A DNA stretch of 64,000 bases, taken from Bigelowiella natans CCMP2755 (lineage: Eukaryota; Protista; Cercozoa). The notes below the pieces were generated by a model. The model saw nothing but the letters and a program-made list of their open reading frames with translations. It did not search any database and had not been told where the DNA came from. Below are positions 11,007 to 24,014 of this stretch, piece after piece. The translations under genes were made by a program, and so were the position numbers. The stretch lies in assembly GCA_000320545.1 (NCBI GenBank), contig ADNK01002131.1, positions 1 to 64,000 of the forward strand, given 5' to 3'. Each line of letters starts with the position of its first letter. The first letter of the stretch is position 1.

Positions 11007-14000
11007 ATGGCGGGCAATATGCCCAAGGACAGCTCTTGGGCTCGAGTTCTCGCAGATGGCAATAAAGTCATCAAACTGTAAGGACTCCCATGAAGTCTTT
11101 GATGCCGCGGCCGAATCTGATGTTTTTCCTTTCATTTTCAGATACCACGAGGCCCAGGGCTTTACAGAACCAAACCCTGATACGCAAGGATTTAGCCTTG
11201 ATGCAGGGACTCATGCTGGACTGATACCGTTCGACCCGAATGGACCGGAGACTTCTAAGATGATGGACAGGTTGGTATTCTTTTATTATAGCTCGTTCCT
11301 CTCATTTCTCAGGTTGCCCATACCATTCAGGTATCGGAAAGCAGTGGAAAAATTCAACTTAGAGGATTCTTCCTTTGCCGCCTTGCTGGACAAGAGACGC
11401 TTCATTTTCCAGAAGGTAGAGGATAATCGTAGTTTGTGCCCTGTGTAACCTGTGCAAGAAAGGTCGCAAATTCACAGTGTATCCTCGCTGCTTCACTGAC
11501 TGCTTATTAGTACTTCGAACATCTCACAGCCACTTACTTTCAACTATACTCCCAGTTCTTCGCGCATCTCACAGAGATATATGGACTGAGGATGGAGAAG
11601 CTGGAGCGAAATGCGTCTAAGACAAGTCCTCCTGCAGCATCCTCCCGAGCGAGAGCCAGCCGCGGGGGAAGAGCACCATACCATCCTGGTTTATTCTGCA
11701 CAAGAGGACGCGGAAGGGGAAGGGGCGGCGGATATATGCATCACACCTCAAGGGGACGAGGGAAAGGAAAAAAGAAAGGGAAAGGGGGTGCTAGCTACGA
11801 ACAATTTTCTCGTGGAAAAGATAAATCACGGAACGCCCCGAGGAACAAGCCCAAATGGGAGGTAGGCATCATAAACCATTTACCTATTCAAAATAAACAA
11901 TTCAACCCACGATTAAGGAAACGGCACAGGGTTTTGCCATATTGTGGAGCCTCTTTCGGACTTGTTTTGTAAATCTTGTAGGGCAAAATTGGTCTTTACC
12001 TTCAAGACTTTTGTTGTATCTCTCTCTCTCTGTTTGTGTGTATGCTACATATGAAATACTTTTCTTTTACGAACACAATCTAGGAGGCATTTCTGCAAGA
12101 TATTCTCTCTCGAAAGCCAAGCGAGGCCTTAATAAAGGACAGGGAGAGAAGGACGAAAGAAATGGAGGAACATGAGCGGCAAGAAAGGGAGGAACAAGAG
12201 CGGAAAGGAAAGGAGGAAGAGGAGGCCAAAGCTAACGCTGGCGAGGAGAAGACAAAGAATAACGATAAGAAGGATGATGAAGAGAAGAAGAAGAAAGAAG
12301 AAAGCTCAGAAGAGCCTACGAGTGGAGAGCAAACCAACATGAAGGCTGCCCCCACTTCGTTACCCTCCACAGGCAAGTCTCCCCACCAGAACGCCACCAC
12401 CACTGACAACCCCCCACCGCAATCTGCAGGAGTATTAGTGAGAGAAAGGTCGGAAAGGAGTAAGAGAGGCAGGTTTCGCCACATAAAAGTGAATTACTGG
12501 GCTAAGATAGCTGGCCCTCACAGCAGCGCCACCCCGCCGGACATGTGGAATGGCGGGAAAGGACCCAGCATGGAGGATGTCGAGAGAATCGCCATCGAGC
12601 TGAAGTCGTTTCCTCCTCTTGCGCTCGACGCCTCCGCGCCCTCAGAGCAAGTAACGAGATTAGTAAACCACCTCCTTAAAGAAGGCAGGTTCGTCAATAG
12701 TAATGACAACGGTTCCAGTCGTGGTGCAGGCAACCAAGAGATCGCGATGGAGTCGTTCAAACGCGTAGTAGTCGCGGTGGCTCTCTCGCTATCCCTCGCC
12801 CACCCTAGCCTGATTGTACGGTGTACGGCTGCGCTGGAGAGGCTGCAGGAGGGCTTGGGGGAGTGGAACATGCTTCTTGGCAAGGATCCCCCCAGTGAGT
12901 GCCTCGTGTCCGCCCTGCAGAATATCGAAGCAATGCAGCAGCAGCTAGATGTTAGCGTACCCCTCCGGAGAGAGGAATGCGAGTATTGGGTGGAGGAAGC
13001 GGCCTCAGCTGTCTCTTCGGAGGAAAGCAGCAGGGACACACACTCCAACAGAACCACAGTGGTGAAGATTCCTTCCCAGCATGTGCGCCCTGCCCCGACC
13101 ACCGCTCACGCGCTCGCTGCTTCCGCCGACTCGCGCTACCTCTACCTCCACTCCTCGGCCGGCATCCAGAAAATAGGCACCGGGCTCCGAGGCAGCAAAA
13201 AGGGACGCATCTACGCGACTAATAAGTACCAGCCCTCAGAGAGCGTGCGGATCGTGTGGCTTGCGGGAAGGATCTATGCAATGCGCGAGCATCCGACGTG
13301 GCCGCAGGTGGACGTCTTCGATGGTAGCTCTCTGGAGGCGGTGGGGACAATGCGTCTAGGACTTAACCCGGAGGTAACCTGGGCATCGTTGCAGAAAGAG
13401 GCTAAAACCATCGGCTTTGGCAGCGACGGACGGTAACCCAATCATCCGCACACACCGTGCACACACAATTACACAGTTTTATTTGTATAAGCACATATTC
13501 ATGCCACATTGTAGAACCTCAAGCACAAATGAATTGCTTCGTCCTTGTTTCTACGCCCCCTAACTGTCTTCTCACGTTGCATCCCCCCTTCCCCCCCCCA
13601 CCCGTTCCTCTCTTACGTCTCTCAGACATCTTTACGTGGGCGTGCAAGAGCCGATAAGTCGGAATAGCCGAGTTGTGACTCCTGGAATGCGCGACACGGT
13701 GGTAGCCCTGGGCTTAGTAGTCGACGTTTGGTACCACGGGCGCTGGGAGAAGGGGCAGATCATCGCCATAAACACCCCCCCGGAACTCACCGTGGTGGTG
13801 AAAAACGACGCGAAGAAGAAGAAGCGCAAGCTCATCCTCGGCGTGACCGTGATGATTCCTGGCCATTCACGACTACAGATGCTAGAGGAGGTGGCTTTGT
13901 TGGCCTATAAGAGGCGGCGGGCGTACGACGGCCGCCCGGAGCACGATTGCCCAATGATCGCTGATGAACGCCCCACCCACAGCTGTGACACGCCGAGCTG

Positions 14001-14061
14001 TCGGGCCAGAGGGACTTCCTACAGATGCGCCAACGGGTAGGAGTAATGGGAGGGAGGGAGA

Positions 14062-14110
<49 letters not shown>

Positions 14111-17100
14111 GTGTGGTATTTGCTGTCTCGGATTCGCTATTAAAAACGACCACTTCCTTCTTTCGCCATTATTATTCTATTTATTGTGGTCAAAGGTGTG
14201 ATCACGACTACTGTGCCAAGTGCTGGGCTCTGTATAAGCGGAGAAACGTCGAGACACAAATCCAAAATGCTCTCCGTGTTGTGGAGAAAGAGGTATTGCC
14301 AACATCTGCTTGGCCACACATCGTCAGTATCATCGGCAACTACGACAGTAAACACCACCATTCTATTAACTCCCCCCCCCTCCCCCCTCCACCTCGTTTT
14401 TCACTTCTAACGTGTGTCGTCTGTCCTCGCGACATCTACAGATCGCAAAGCAAAAGTTGAAGGCGATGGAGAGGGAGGCCGCTAAGAAGAAGAGCAGCAA
14501 AAGCTCGCTTCACAAGAAGAGCTCATCATCATCAAAGGACGCGAAAACCAACAGAAGGAAGAAGAAGGGTGAATCCGACGCGAAGGCTGCAAAAGTCGCT
14601 GCCGAAAAGAAGGAGGATATTACCAAGCTATTCTTTATTCTGTACAAGCTGAAGGCTGGAGGGCACTGGGTCGTCGGTTGGATGGACAGCCTCAAGGAAG
14701 CGGCTGCTATAATAGAGAAGCGTTTCATCTATGGTCAAGATACTGTCGAGGTGTACACAGATGTGAAGACAAAGCCAACGGCAAGATACTTCAGCAAGGA
14801 TGTATACCAGAACTTTCGAAAGTCCATCCGCCGCATCCCTGAGCGCGACGTTGTGGCGCTATACAAGGAAAAGCCAGAGCCTCCCAAGCCCGCCCCCGAG
14901 ACTACTGCTGGCAACACTTCCGAGGGCAAAAGCAAAGGGCCTGCAAATGCTGAGGTGAAGACAGGCGACGGGAAGAAGAAGCCTTCAGAGAACAAGTCGA
15001 ATCCGCCAAGTTCTCCAGCTGCACCTGCTGTTTCACCATCTAGTGGGCAGTGGTCATGCGGGACCTGCACGGTTAAAAATAGCCCCGCAGTGGCCGTGTG
15101 CTCGGTCTGTGGGATCGGCGAGCGCCCCCCCGGTGTTGCTGCAGGAGGGAACCAAAGCGGCGGCAGCGTGGGCGGCCTGATGGACGATTTTAAACATCAA
15201 TTGGTGATGCTGCACGCGATGGGGTTTTCCGACGACCGGAAGAACTTAGCTGCCCTCGTGGCTTGCAGTGGCAATGTAGCAAACGCCTCTGCCTTGCTGC
15301 TCGAGGGAGACGACATGGCTGCAGACGAAGATCAGGCTTTTGCAGCAAATCTAGCTGCGGAAAATGCCCTGGAAGCTGCTGTGTTTGGGTCTTCGCCACA
15401 GCTTATCAATAGTGGGTCCAGTTGGGCCGCAGGTGGAGCAACACCTTCGCTGCCTTCGTCCCCGGCGCAGAGCAGCATGAGCCAGGGAGAAGATGGCAAA
15501 GGTGGAGCAAGCTCTCCTTCAGCTCCTTCATCTGCCGCCGATGCAGGGAATCCAGAGAGCAAGGAAGAGGCGGAAAAGAAGTCAGAACCAGCGAAAGAAA
15601 GTGACGCTGGTGATAGCAACAAGAAAGAGAATCAAAAGAAGGAAATGAAGGATGAGGTCGAAGGCGGTGCAGCAGTAGAATCACCAGCAGTATCGACACC
15701 TGTGAAGAAAGAAGACAGCAAAGAAGCTAAGAAAGATAAAAGCGACAACGATGCTTCCAAGGCCGACAAGCAGCAAGAGCAAAAATCATCTGGCAGCAAC
15801 GAGGAGAAGAAAGCAGCGGAGCCGCTACTACCGCCACAAACGGAACAGAAAAAGAAGCCACCTGCTGCTGCGAAACAGGCTGCACCAGCTGCTCCAACCA
15901 AGCCAAAGGCCGGAACCAGAGCAGCGCCGAAGCTCTCCAAGAAGGTCTCTGACTGGGACCTTCCCCTGAGGCAGTTTGGCCTTGATGGGGAGAGTGGCTT
16001 TGATGGGCGCGGTAATGAGAAGTCCTCAAAAAAGAGCAGCAGCGGCACAATCGCACGGAAGATCCTTGCAAAGCTCCTCCCTCCCGGGTCCCTGGACGAT
16101 AGCGTGCACGTCGTGTGGTACGTGTTCGACCCGGTCCGGCCTCTACTCGAAGGGGAAGCAACCGTGAGGGAATCGGAGCCAATGCCGAGCGACATCAAGC
16201 CTGACTCGTGCAGGGCGCAAGAGATGAAAGACAGGAAGGCAAAGGCGCTCGAGCTGAGAAAGAGCATGTGCGATGAATACTCGCTGGAGCAGTGCCTCCT
16301 AATGCTAATCATGGCCAAGGGCGACACGAACAAGGCCGCGTCATTACTGCTTAGCCACGGTGTGCGCCTTAAAGGGCAGAAGGTCGCTCCGTTGTCGCGC
16401 ATGTTCATCCTGAAGGATAAGGACAATGGCGATGATGTCTCCGGAAAGAAAACCACCTCTGGTAGCGGCAGCGGATCTTCCTCCCCCACTTCCCCTCACA
16501 CGAAACTGCCTTGGCAAGAAGTGGGACTTTCGAGGGGGGGTGCTTCAGGCTCCAGCAAAAGCAAAAGCACCAGCGGGCAGTTTTTTACCCACTCCCTGCT
16601 TTCAAAGGTGCGGATGTACATCACAGGCAAACAAATCGTTATTCTGGCACCCGCGAACACGTGGGGCCGAGCACGGACACAAAACAGCCGATTTCCGTGC
16701 CGCATATATAGCGTCGCTACGGGTCAGCATATAGCAGACCACTTCTCCGACGTAGACCCTGCCCTTTCAAGCTGGGTCGCTCCTTGTGGCGGGGGCGGCG
16801 AGCGGATATGGATGTCGAAGCAACAGCCAGCAGCGTCTTCTGACGGTCGCAACAATTCTTCCTCCTCCTCCGCAAGATACGCCTTCACTGCCTTCTGGAA
16901 CCTCGGGCCACATCACCTCGTCGACCCCGCGTCCTTTTCACCACAAGCATCGAATATCCTCTGGGAGGCGCCTTTCCCAGCCCGCGACTTGGTGGTAGAG
17001 GCAAACGCAAACGCCGCCATGAAGCAGGCTGAGGCAGCGCGCAGGCCATCAAGATGCTTCACCCTCACGAGCAACAAGCCCGCCAGAAGTCACACAAGGA

Positions 17101-20100
17101 CCACGGATTTCGCATCGTCGGCACAAGCGGTGCTCTGTCGCGTTCCACGCGCCTCCGATATCACTGACATCGGCCAAGCGTTGCTCTTGATCTTGGCGCA
17201 CGTCGACCGCTTACTTTCCTACGCCGAGGCAGCGGTGTATGGCGGGCTTGATGGAGCGCAGGGTAATTACTGGCTTGGCGGCCTGCGCAACCATCCTGTC
17301 GTTCGCGCTGTCGATAAGGCCAGGAAATGGAAGAAGCAGCTCACCTGGCACCATGCGAGGAAGAGCATTCCTCGCCATCAACGAGGAGTCCACTACGAGG
17401 TCAAGACCACAACGTGGGTAAGTGATCTCATCACGATGCGCCAGCTCGGCGACGGCGACGGCAACGACGAGGAAGATGGCGATGTTGGCAAGGACGACGA
17501 GAAGAAGAAAACCGAACAAAAGGGGGAGGGGATTCCAGTAGAGAAGGAAGACAGTAGTAAGAGTAAGGCGCCGGCTACGAAGGAGAAGCAGAAGGAAGAA
17601 ACGGGCCAGAAGAAGACGAGGCTACAAGCCGGCGAGCGCATTCTCGTCCTAGAGAGGGACCCAAGCGGCCTGTTTCGAATCGCCGCGCCCGTTGCCGGGT
17701 GGATACGGCAGAAGGACTTGACCCCGCTGGAGAAGTACCGCATTGTGAATGAGCGGGGCCTTGGCTATCGTCTCACGAGGAACCTTAGCGATCGCGTCGA
17801 TGAAGAGAACGATGTCAAGGAAGGCTTCACGTACCTAGCCCATGGCCGAGAGATCACGGCGGTGTACAGGCAAGGTGATTGGATTCAAGCCCCCAACGAC
17901 TTCTGGCTCCCCCTCTTCATCTCGAACGAGCCCCAGGTCGAGATGCTGCCCATCCCCGACCCTCCGCCAAAACCAAGTGGTGAAGTCAAGGAGGAGGGGG
18001 AGGGGAACAAGGATGGAGCGAACAATACGGGAAAGAACCCGGGAAAACAGCCATCGCCAGCCGAGAAGGCAGCAGAGAAGAATGCAGGCGAGGCGGAGGG
18101 GAAGGAAAAGAAAAAGAAGGAAGCTAAAAGCAAGGAAGCAAAAGTCAAGCCTTCGCCAGCAGCAAAAAAAGAAGAACAGAAGGGAGACGAGACGTCGGGA
18201 AAAGAGGAAAAGGGGGAGAAGAATAAAGCAGACAGTCCCAGTCAGGTAGAGGACGACGGGCAACAAAGCAGTAAGAGGAGGAACCTAATAGACACCGAGC
18301 TTTCGCGAATATCGCTACATCTAGAATATGCTGAGGAGAAAGTCCGTGCTGCTTACTTAAGACGTTACAGCAACCTGAATGCTAGCTCGAGATACTGGCA
18401 GCAATATCAGGTTCCCGAGGCGCCCATGTGCCTGCTTCTCGAGACCGGCACGTTTGTTGCCCTCCGCGATTCGCTCAAACAGGGCCTGGACGAAGCGACG
18501 CTTCTGTGCGAGAGGCAGGAAGGTGCAGATGATGGGAAGAAGCCGACGAAGAAGACGGATGCTGAACAAGGAAAGGAAGGAGGCGAGACCAGGCTTGTGC
18601 AAGTCGTCTATGGAATCACTGTTACCCTTCGCCTGCTAGCGGCCCATCTCAAGGCTCTTGTTAATGCCAGGGCCAGATTTAAGAGCAAGAGCAAGAAAGA
18701 GCCTGAGGGTGATGAGGAGAAGCAGCCCTCGGGTGCTGCTGGTGCTGCTCATTCCAGCAAACAACAAATGACCTTCGTGTCCCAAGAGACACTATCGGAG
18801 ATCAGGACGTTGCTTGTGAGAGCACTGCTCTCAATGCCGGAGGGGCTCCCTGGGGATGGGCGCATTGCTCGAAATGCTCTGCGTGTGATTGCGGTGGGGC
18901 TGGAGGCTTTCGAGCCATCCGAGAGCAAGCGCTGCGCCTTCGCCGTTCAGGAACTAAAAGCATGCATGAATCTTATTGACCAGAAGAAACGCTTGCCCTT
19001 GGAGCGTCGCTGGCTACTGCATGTTGCTCTTGCGTGGGTTGCCAAGAACGCTAGGACGGGCGCTTTGGTGGAGACCTGGCTCCCGAGGGGAAAGCTCGCC
19101 ATTGGCACCAAGGACAGGAGCGCCGACGCGATTGCTGGGAAGGATGACGACACCGAGTCGAAAGCGCTAGCAACAAATGACGTGTCTTCGACCACCGCCG
19201 CCAGAGCAGCAGCAGAGACGGCAATATCCACCACCCCGTTGGAATACCTGCTGCGCTATTCATGCACGATGACTCAACAATTGCATGAAAAGATCTCCCC
19301 CGTGGTTCAGAGCGCGATGAAGAAGAGCGCCGCCCTGCATTCGTCCAGCGAAAGGGCCAAAGACAACCACTCCCTCAAAACCCTGTCCTCATCGCCGCGG
19401 GGTGCTGGCAAGGGCCTCAGCGCACCGATGTACAATCTTGTCGGCCTCGAAGCAGAGCTCGTGCTTCTTTCCGGTTGGTGCGTTACCCACAGCAACAACC
19501 TGGCAGCTGGAGCTAGCGCGGCTGCTACTACCTTCAAAGAGGACGACGACGACAATGAAGACGAGGAGGAGGAAGAGGAGGAGGATGAGAACGATAACAA
19601 TGATGCTGACAACGACGGCGACGATGGCGACAATAATCTTGACGTTCCTGCGGAAGGTGAAGGAGCGGACGAGAAAGTTGCCGAGGAAGAGAAGAAGAAG
19701 AAGGCTAGCGAGGACGCTGACAGGAAAGGCAAAAATGATGACGATGATGCCAAGGCATCCTCCACCAAGAAGGAAAAGAAAAGGCAGAAGCAGGGAGACG
19801 CCGCGATTGCTGCTGCAGGAAAGCGAGCCAAATATGCGGCAAGCTACATTAAGTTCGCTCGCGTCGTCGTACAGCAATGCGAAGGGAGCCTTTCGAAGAG
19901 AATCAGTCTAATGAAAGAGATCAAGCAGGTGAAGAAGCATAAGGAACTTACACGGTCGCGCAAGAGCAGCGAAAAGAAGTCACGGTCAAGGATGCCCGAA
20001 ATTGCCGAGAAGGCGGACATGAAAGAAAAGAAAGGGAATGGTTGTGGCGATGCGAAGAGTGATAAGTACGGTCAGAAGGAGACAGAGGAGGCGAAATCAC

Positions 20101-23100
20101 CAGCTTCGCCTCTGGTTAACAATGATGATGATAACAATGAAAACGACATCGACGACTGCGACGACGACTCAATGGGAGAGGTCGAGCAATTGTTCTTCTT
20201 CGAAGGCACGCCACTACTCCTCCTACCCACTCTTCTCGCGTCCTTGGACTCGCCGCGCTTGCTGCAGACTTCATCTACCGTAGGAATTAAGAAGGAAGAG
20301 GGCAAGGAGGGAAAATCGAAAGTCACCGCGGTGGGATCTTTCTCTTCTTCATCCACGACGTCGAATGCCGCCGCCGCCCCCTCCTCATCGTCGTCGTTAT
20401 CACAGCTGAAAGAACTCTACCCTTGCATACGGTCTCTGCTCACTGTAGCAGACACGTACAACCGCATGGTCAAGGGCGCGCGCGCGGAAGATCAGCGGTT
20501 CATGCAGAGACTGAGAAACGAGCAGCCGCGCGCTCAAATCGCCGAGTCGGACCACCCGTATGGCGCGGGGAACTCCATTCCGTGTATCGAGCTTCAGGTT
20601 CCCGGTGCGAGTGCGCTGGCAGTGTCGTTCGACCCCCGAAGCTGCACGAAGAGCAAGCAGGACATGGTCAGGGTCATCGCAGGCAGCAAGGCGGCGCAGT
20701 TCTCCGGAAACAGCCTCTATTACGACGCGCCCCGGGACTTTCCTTCCAAGTGCAGTATGGTTCTAACGAAGACCAACTCGGTGACGATAAATCTCCGCGC
20801 TATCTCCCCCCCCGAGGTGAAGAAAGAGCGCAAGCGGCAGGAGGAGGAGGATAGCCAAGCACGGTGGGGCTTTCGGGCTTCGGTACGTGGAATAGTGTTA
20901 CCTTCGCTGTCCTGGCACTTGGACTTGCAGCTCTCTGCTGCAAGCCTGGCTGCCAAAATGGCGGTTTCGCAACTCACGTTCAAGTCGCATCCCCTCGACT
21001 CAGAGCTTCACCTCTGGTTTACGAAAGAGGGGGCGCACCTCCTTGCAGGCGGCGTGCGATCATATCGTGCCTTCCACCCGCCGGAGATCTCTCCAAGGGA
21101 CAAGTTTTTCCTTTCTTTTATCAACGGCACCACCGGCGCCGCCAGTCTACTCGAGTACATCTCCAAGCTGAAATTTAGGTCGTCCAAACGCAATGCGATG
21201 CTCCGTAAGAAGCGCTACTCACGGCAGGTGCAGCAGGCATGGCTTCGGGCCTTGCGCGCCGTCATGGCCTCTATGTTCTATCATGCTGGCTTGCATGCGG
21301 AAATTCACCGGCACTATGGGCCTAAGAGCGACCAGAGAAGGACGCCTTTGCTCGATCGGAAAGTCGTCGATGAGCGGATAAATGGCATAGCGGAGAGGGC
21401 TGAGGAGCTCCAGACTTGGATGTATCGCGAGCTACAAGTGAGAAACCTGTGGGAGGAGCTGGTCGACTCCAAGGACCGTCCTACAGCCAGTGACGTACGG
21501 ACAAAGTTTACAGCAGCGGACATTGAGAGCTTCTGCCGCCTCGCAAGGGTTCCTTATGCTCCCAACGCCTTCGATGCTTCCGTCGATCGGCTCACCAAGG
21601 CAGCCAACAAGCTTCATGAGGACAAAATGCAGATGAAGAATAAGCAGGGTGGTGAGAAAACGGATGCAAGCGCTGCTGACAAGGGAGAAAGCGACAGCAC
21701 CGGTGGCAGCGATCTCGATAGGATCAAGGCCAGGAAGGAGACTGTGACTGCGAGGTTATGCGCTGAAATCTCTGATCTTTGTATGGCTCTGTTGCTGCTC
21801 CAACCAGCATGGATGCCTCCGTCTGCAGCTCCCATTGTATCTGTTACGGACGCAAATACGCGAACAAAGCGGAGCGGCAGTACTGGTAGAAAAGCGAAGC
21901 CAATCGCGATTGATACCTCACTACCTCCCTCCCAGTCCGAGCTCCAGCTATCGCGGACGCTCTCTGCCTTCAGGATGACAACGAGAACAATGTCGAAGAG
22001 GACGGTCGCTTTGCCCGAGATGGAGGAAGCTGCCCCCGACAAAGAAGCTACTACGTCTTCAGAATCGAAGGCAGCAGCCACGGTGGGTAATATTAGCAGC
22101 GATGCTTCGTCTACCAACACCAACCAGCAGCAGCTTCCATCGCTTCCGCCTATGGCGCGACCTGCTCTCAAGCGCGTGTATACCGACCTGCCAACAAGGA
22201 AGAATAAGGCGGAAATCGCGACTGGGGGCGGCGGCAGTCCGACGGAACAAGGCGTAGCAGAGCTGCGCGAATGGATCAACAACTTTCGGCGCTGGAAGCA
22301 ATGGAATGAGATGGAAGAGAACGCAGTCGAAGAAAACCTCATGCCCGCAGACTCCCAGCGTCAGGGCACAACACCTGAGGATGCTATCGAGCTGATGATC
22401 AAGCATAGAGTGCACGGTGAGGACATCATCTTGCTCTCCAAGGTCCACGAAGAGCGCGGCAAGCGCTGCAACACAGGCCTGCGCTGGCTAATTGAGTGCC
22501 TTGACTCTGTAAAGACAGACTCGTCTAGGATTCAGCTGCTGGGCCATATTTCCTCCGTCTTGTTCCCCCATAGTGCTGCTGGCAGTAGAAGTGCCGGCGG
22601 CAATGTCAGCGGCGGCGGTAGCAGCGGTTCGAATGGCAATGGCAGTGGCGAAGGTGGCGCGCCTGACGAGCAGCAGCAGCAACAGCAGCACAAGCAGCAG
22701 CACCAGGGCATGGAAGTCCTGGCGACGTCCGCGTTCACGATGGTTGCTCCCGGGACGGTGATGTGCCCAACTTCGCTGCGCTCACAAATCGCGGACGCGT
22801 TCGACTCTTACCATGCCCGTGCGTGCAGGCTGGTGGCCGGCAAAGCACCGGTCGATTTCGTCTCGGGGGCCCAAGCGAAGAGTCCCGTAGCAGCCATCCA
22901 CTACCTCGAGAGCCTTCGCAACGAGCCCGACCGACCGACTATAGCCTCTCAGTTCATGGCGCTCAAAGATGCAATGTGCATGCCGCTTTTTACACGCGAC
23001 GTGCAGCTTGTCGCTGCGCACCAGAGGACGTTCACAACCGTCTCCAGCATCCTATTCGCGGACCTTAGCGACAGTCTCAGCAAGCAGCGGCGACTGCGAG

Positions 23101-23908
23101 AGAGGGGCGAGCGACGAGGAGGGGGAGCGAGAAGTGCGTTCTCGATTGTCTATCAGCTACGGGCGGGAGGTTACTGGATCGTGAAGAGCTCTTCAAACTT
23201 CGATGAGATAGCGAGCCATGTGAGACAGTACATGGCGGACGACGATTCATACCTTGTATTCTGGCATAAAGCTAAGGATTGGCCGCAGAAGCGTTACTTA
23301 CCGCTCGAAACCTCGACGACTAAGGCATTATTATCGACGGCTACAAAGACTGCGCCCGCGAAGCCAGCAGCCCATGGTCAAGATGCGGCGGGAAAAACCT
23401 CTCCGACATCCTCCCCATCCCACGCCTCCAAGGCCGCCGTCGCTAGCCTCAGCAGCAGTAAATATGTCAGAATATCGGAAAGTGAGGCGCTGAGCGGCAT
23501 TCTCTCTGCCAGGACCATCGCCACCATTGCAGACGATCAAAACGCCTACGCCACCGCAGCCGAGCCGAAGAAGAAGAAGAACAATGATAGTGCTTGTTTC
23601 TCACCGGATTCGATGATTTCGGAGGACCCGCTCCAGCAGAATGGAGGGAATGTGATGGGATACAATCTACTCGACGCGCAGTACGCCGCGTTCATGTCTC
23701 TAGCGTGGCGGGCCGTCCGCTCTGAGTGGCGTGCGTGTAGCCAGAAGGCCGCGGGCAGCCTGATGGGCTGCGCCGAGGAGCTTCGCATTGCAAGTGAGCT
23801 TGTCGACTCGGTCCATACTGAGCTCCTCAAGCTTATCAAGGCACATACGTCACTTGCTACCACGAGAATCTATGATGAGGATGGAGGTGGGGAATATGTA
23901 CACACACG

Positions 23909-23964
<56 letters not shown>

Positions 23965-23976
23965 TTCTCTTTACTT

Positions 23977-24014
<38 letters not shown>

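Noticed and set aside
11007-12160. Separate small genes upstream of ORF 12162
   Set aside because: The exons splice in frame (...KPKWE|EAFLQDILSRKP...KEMEEH) into the HECT gene.
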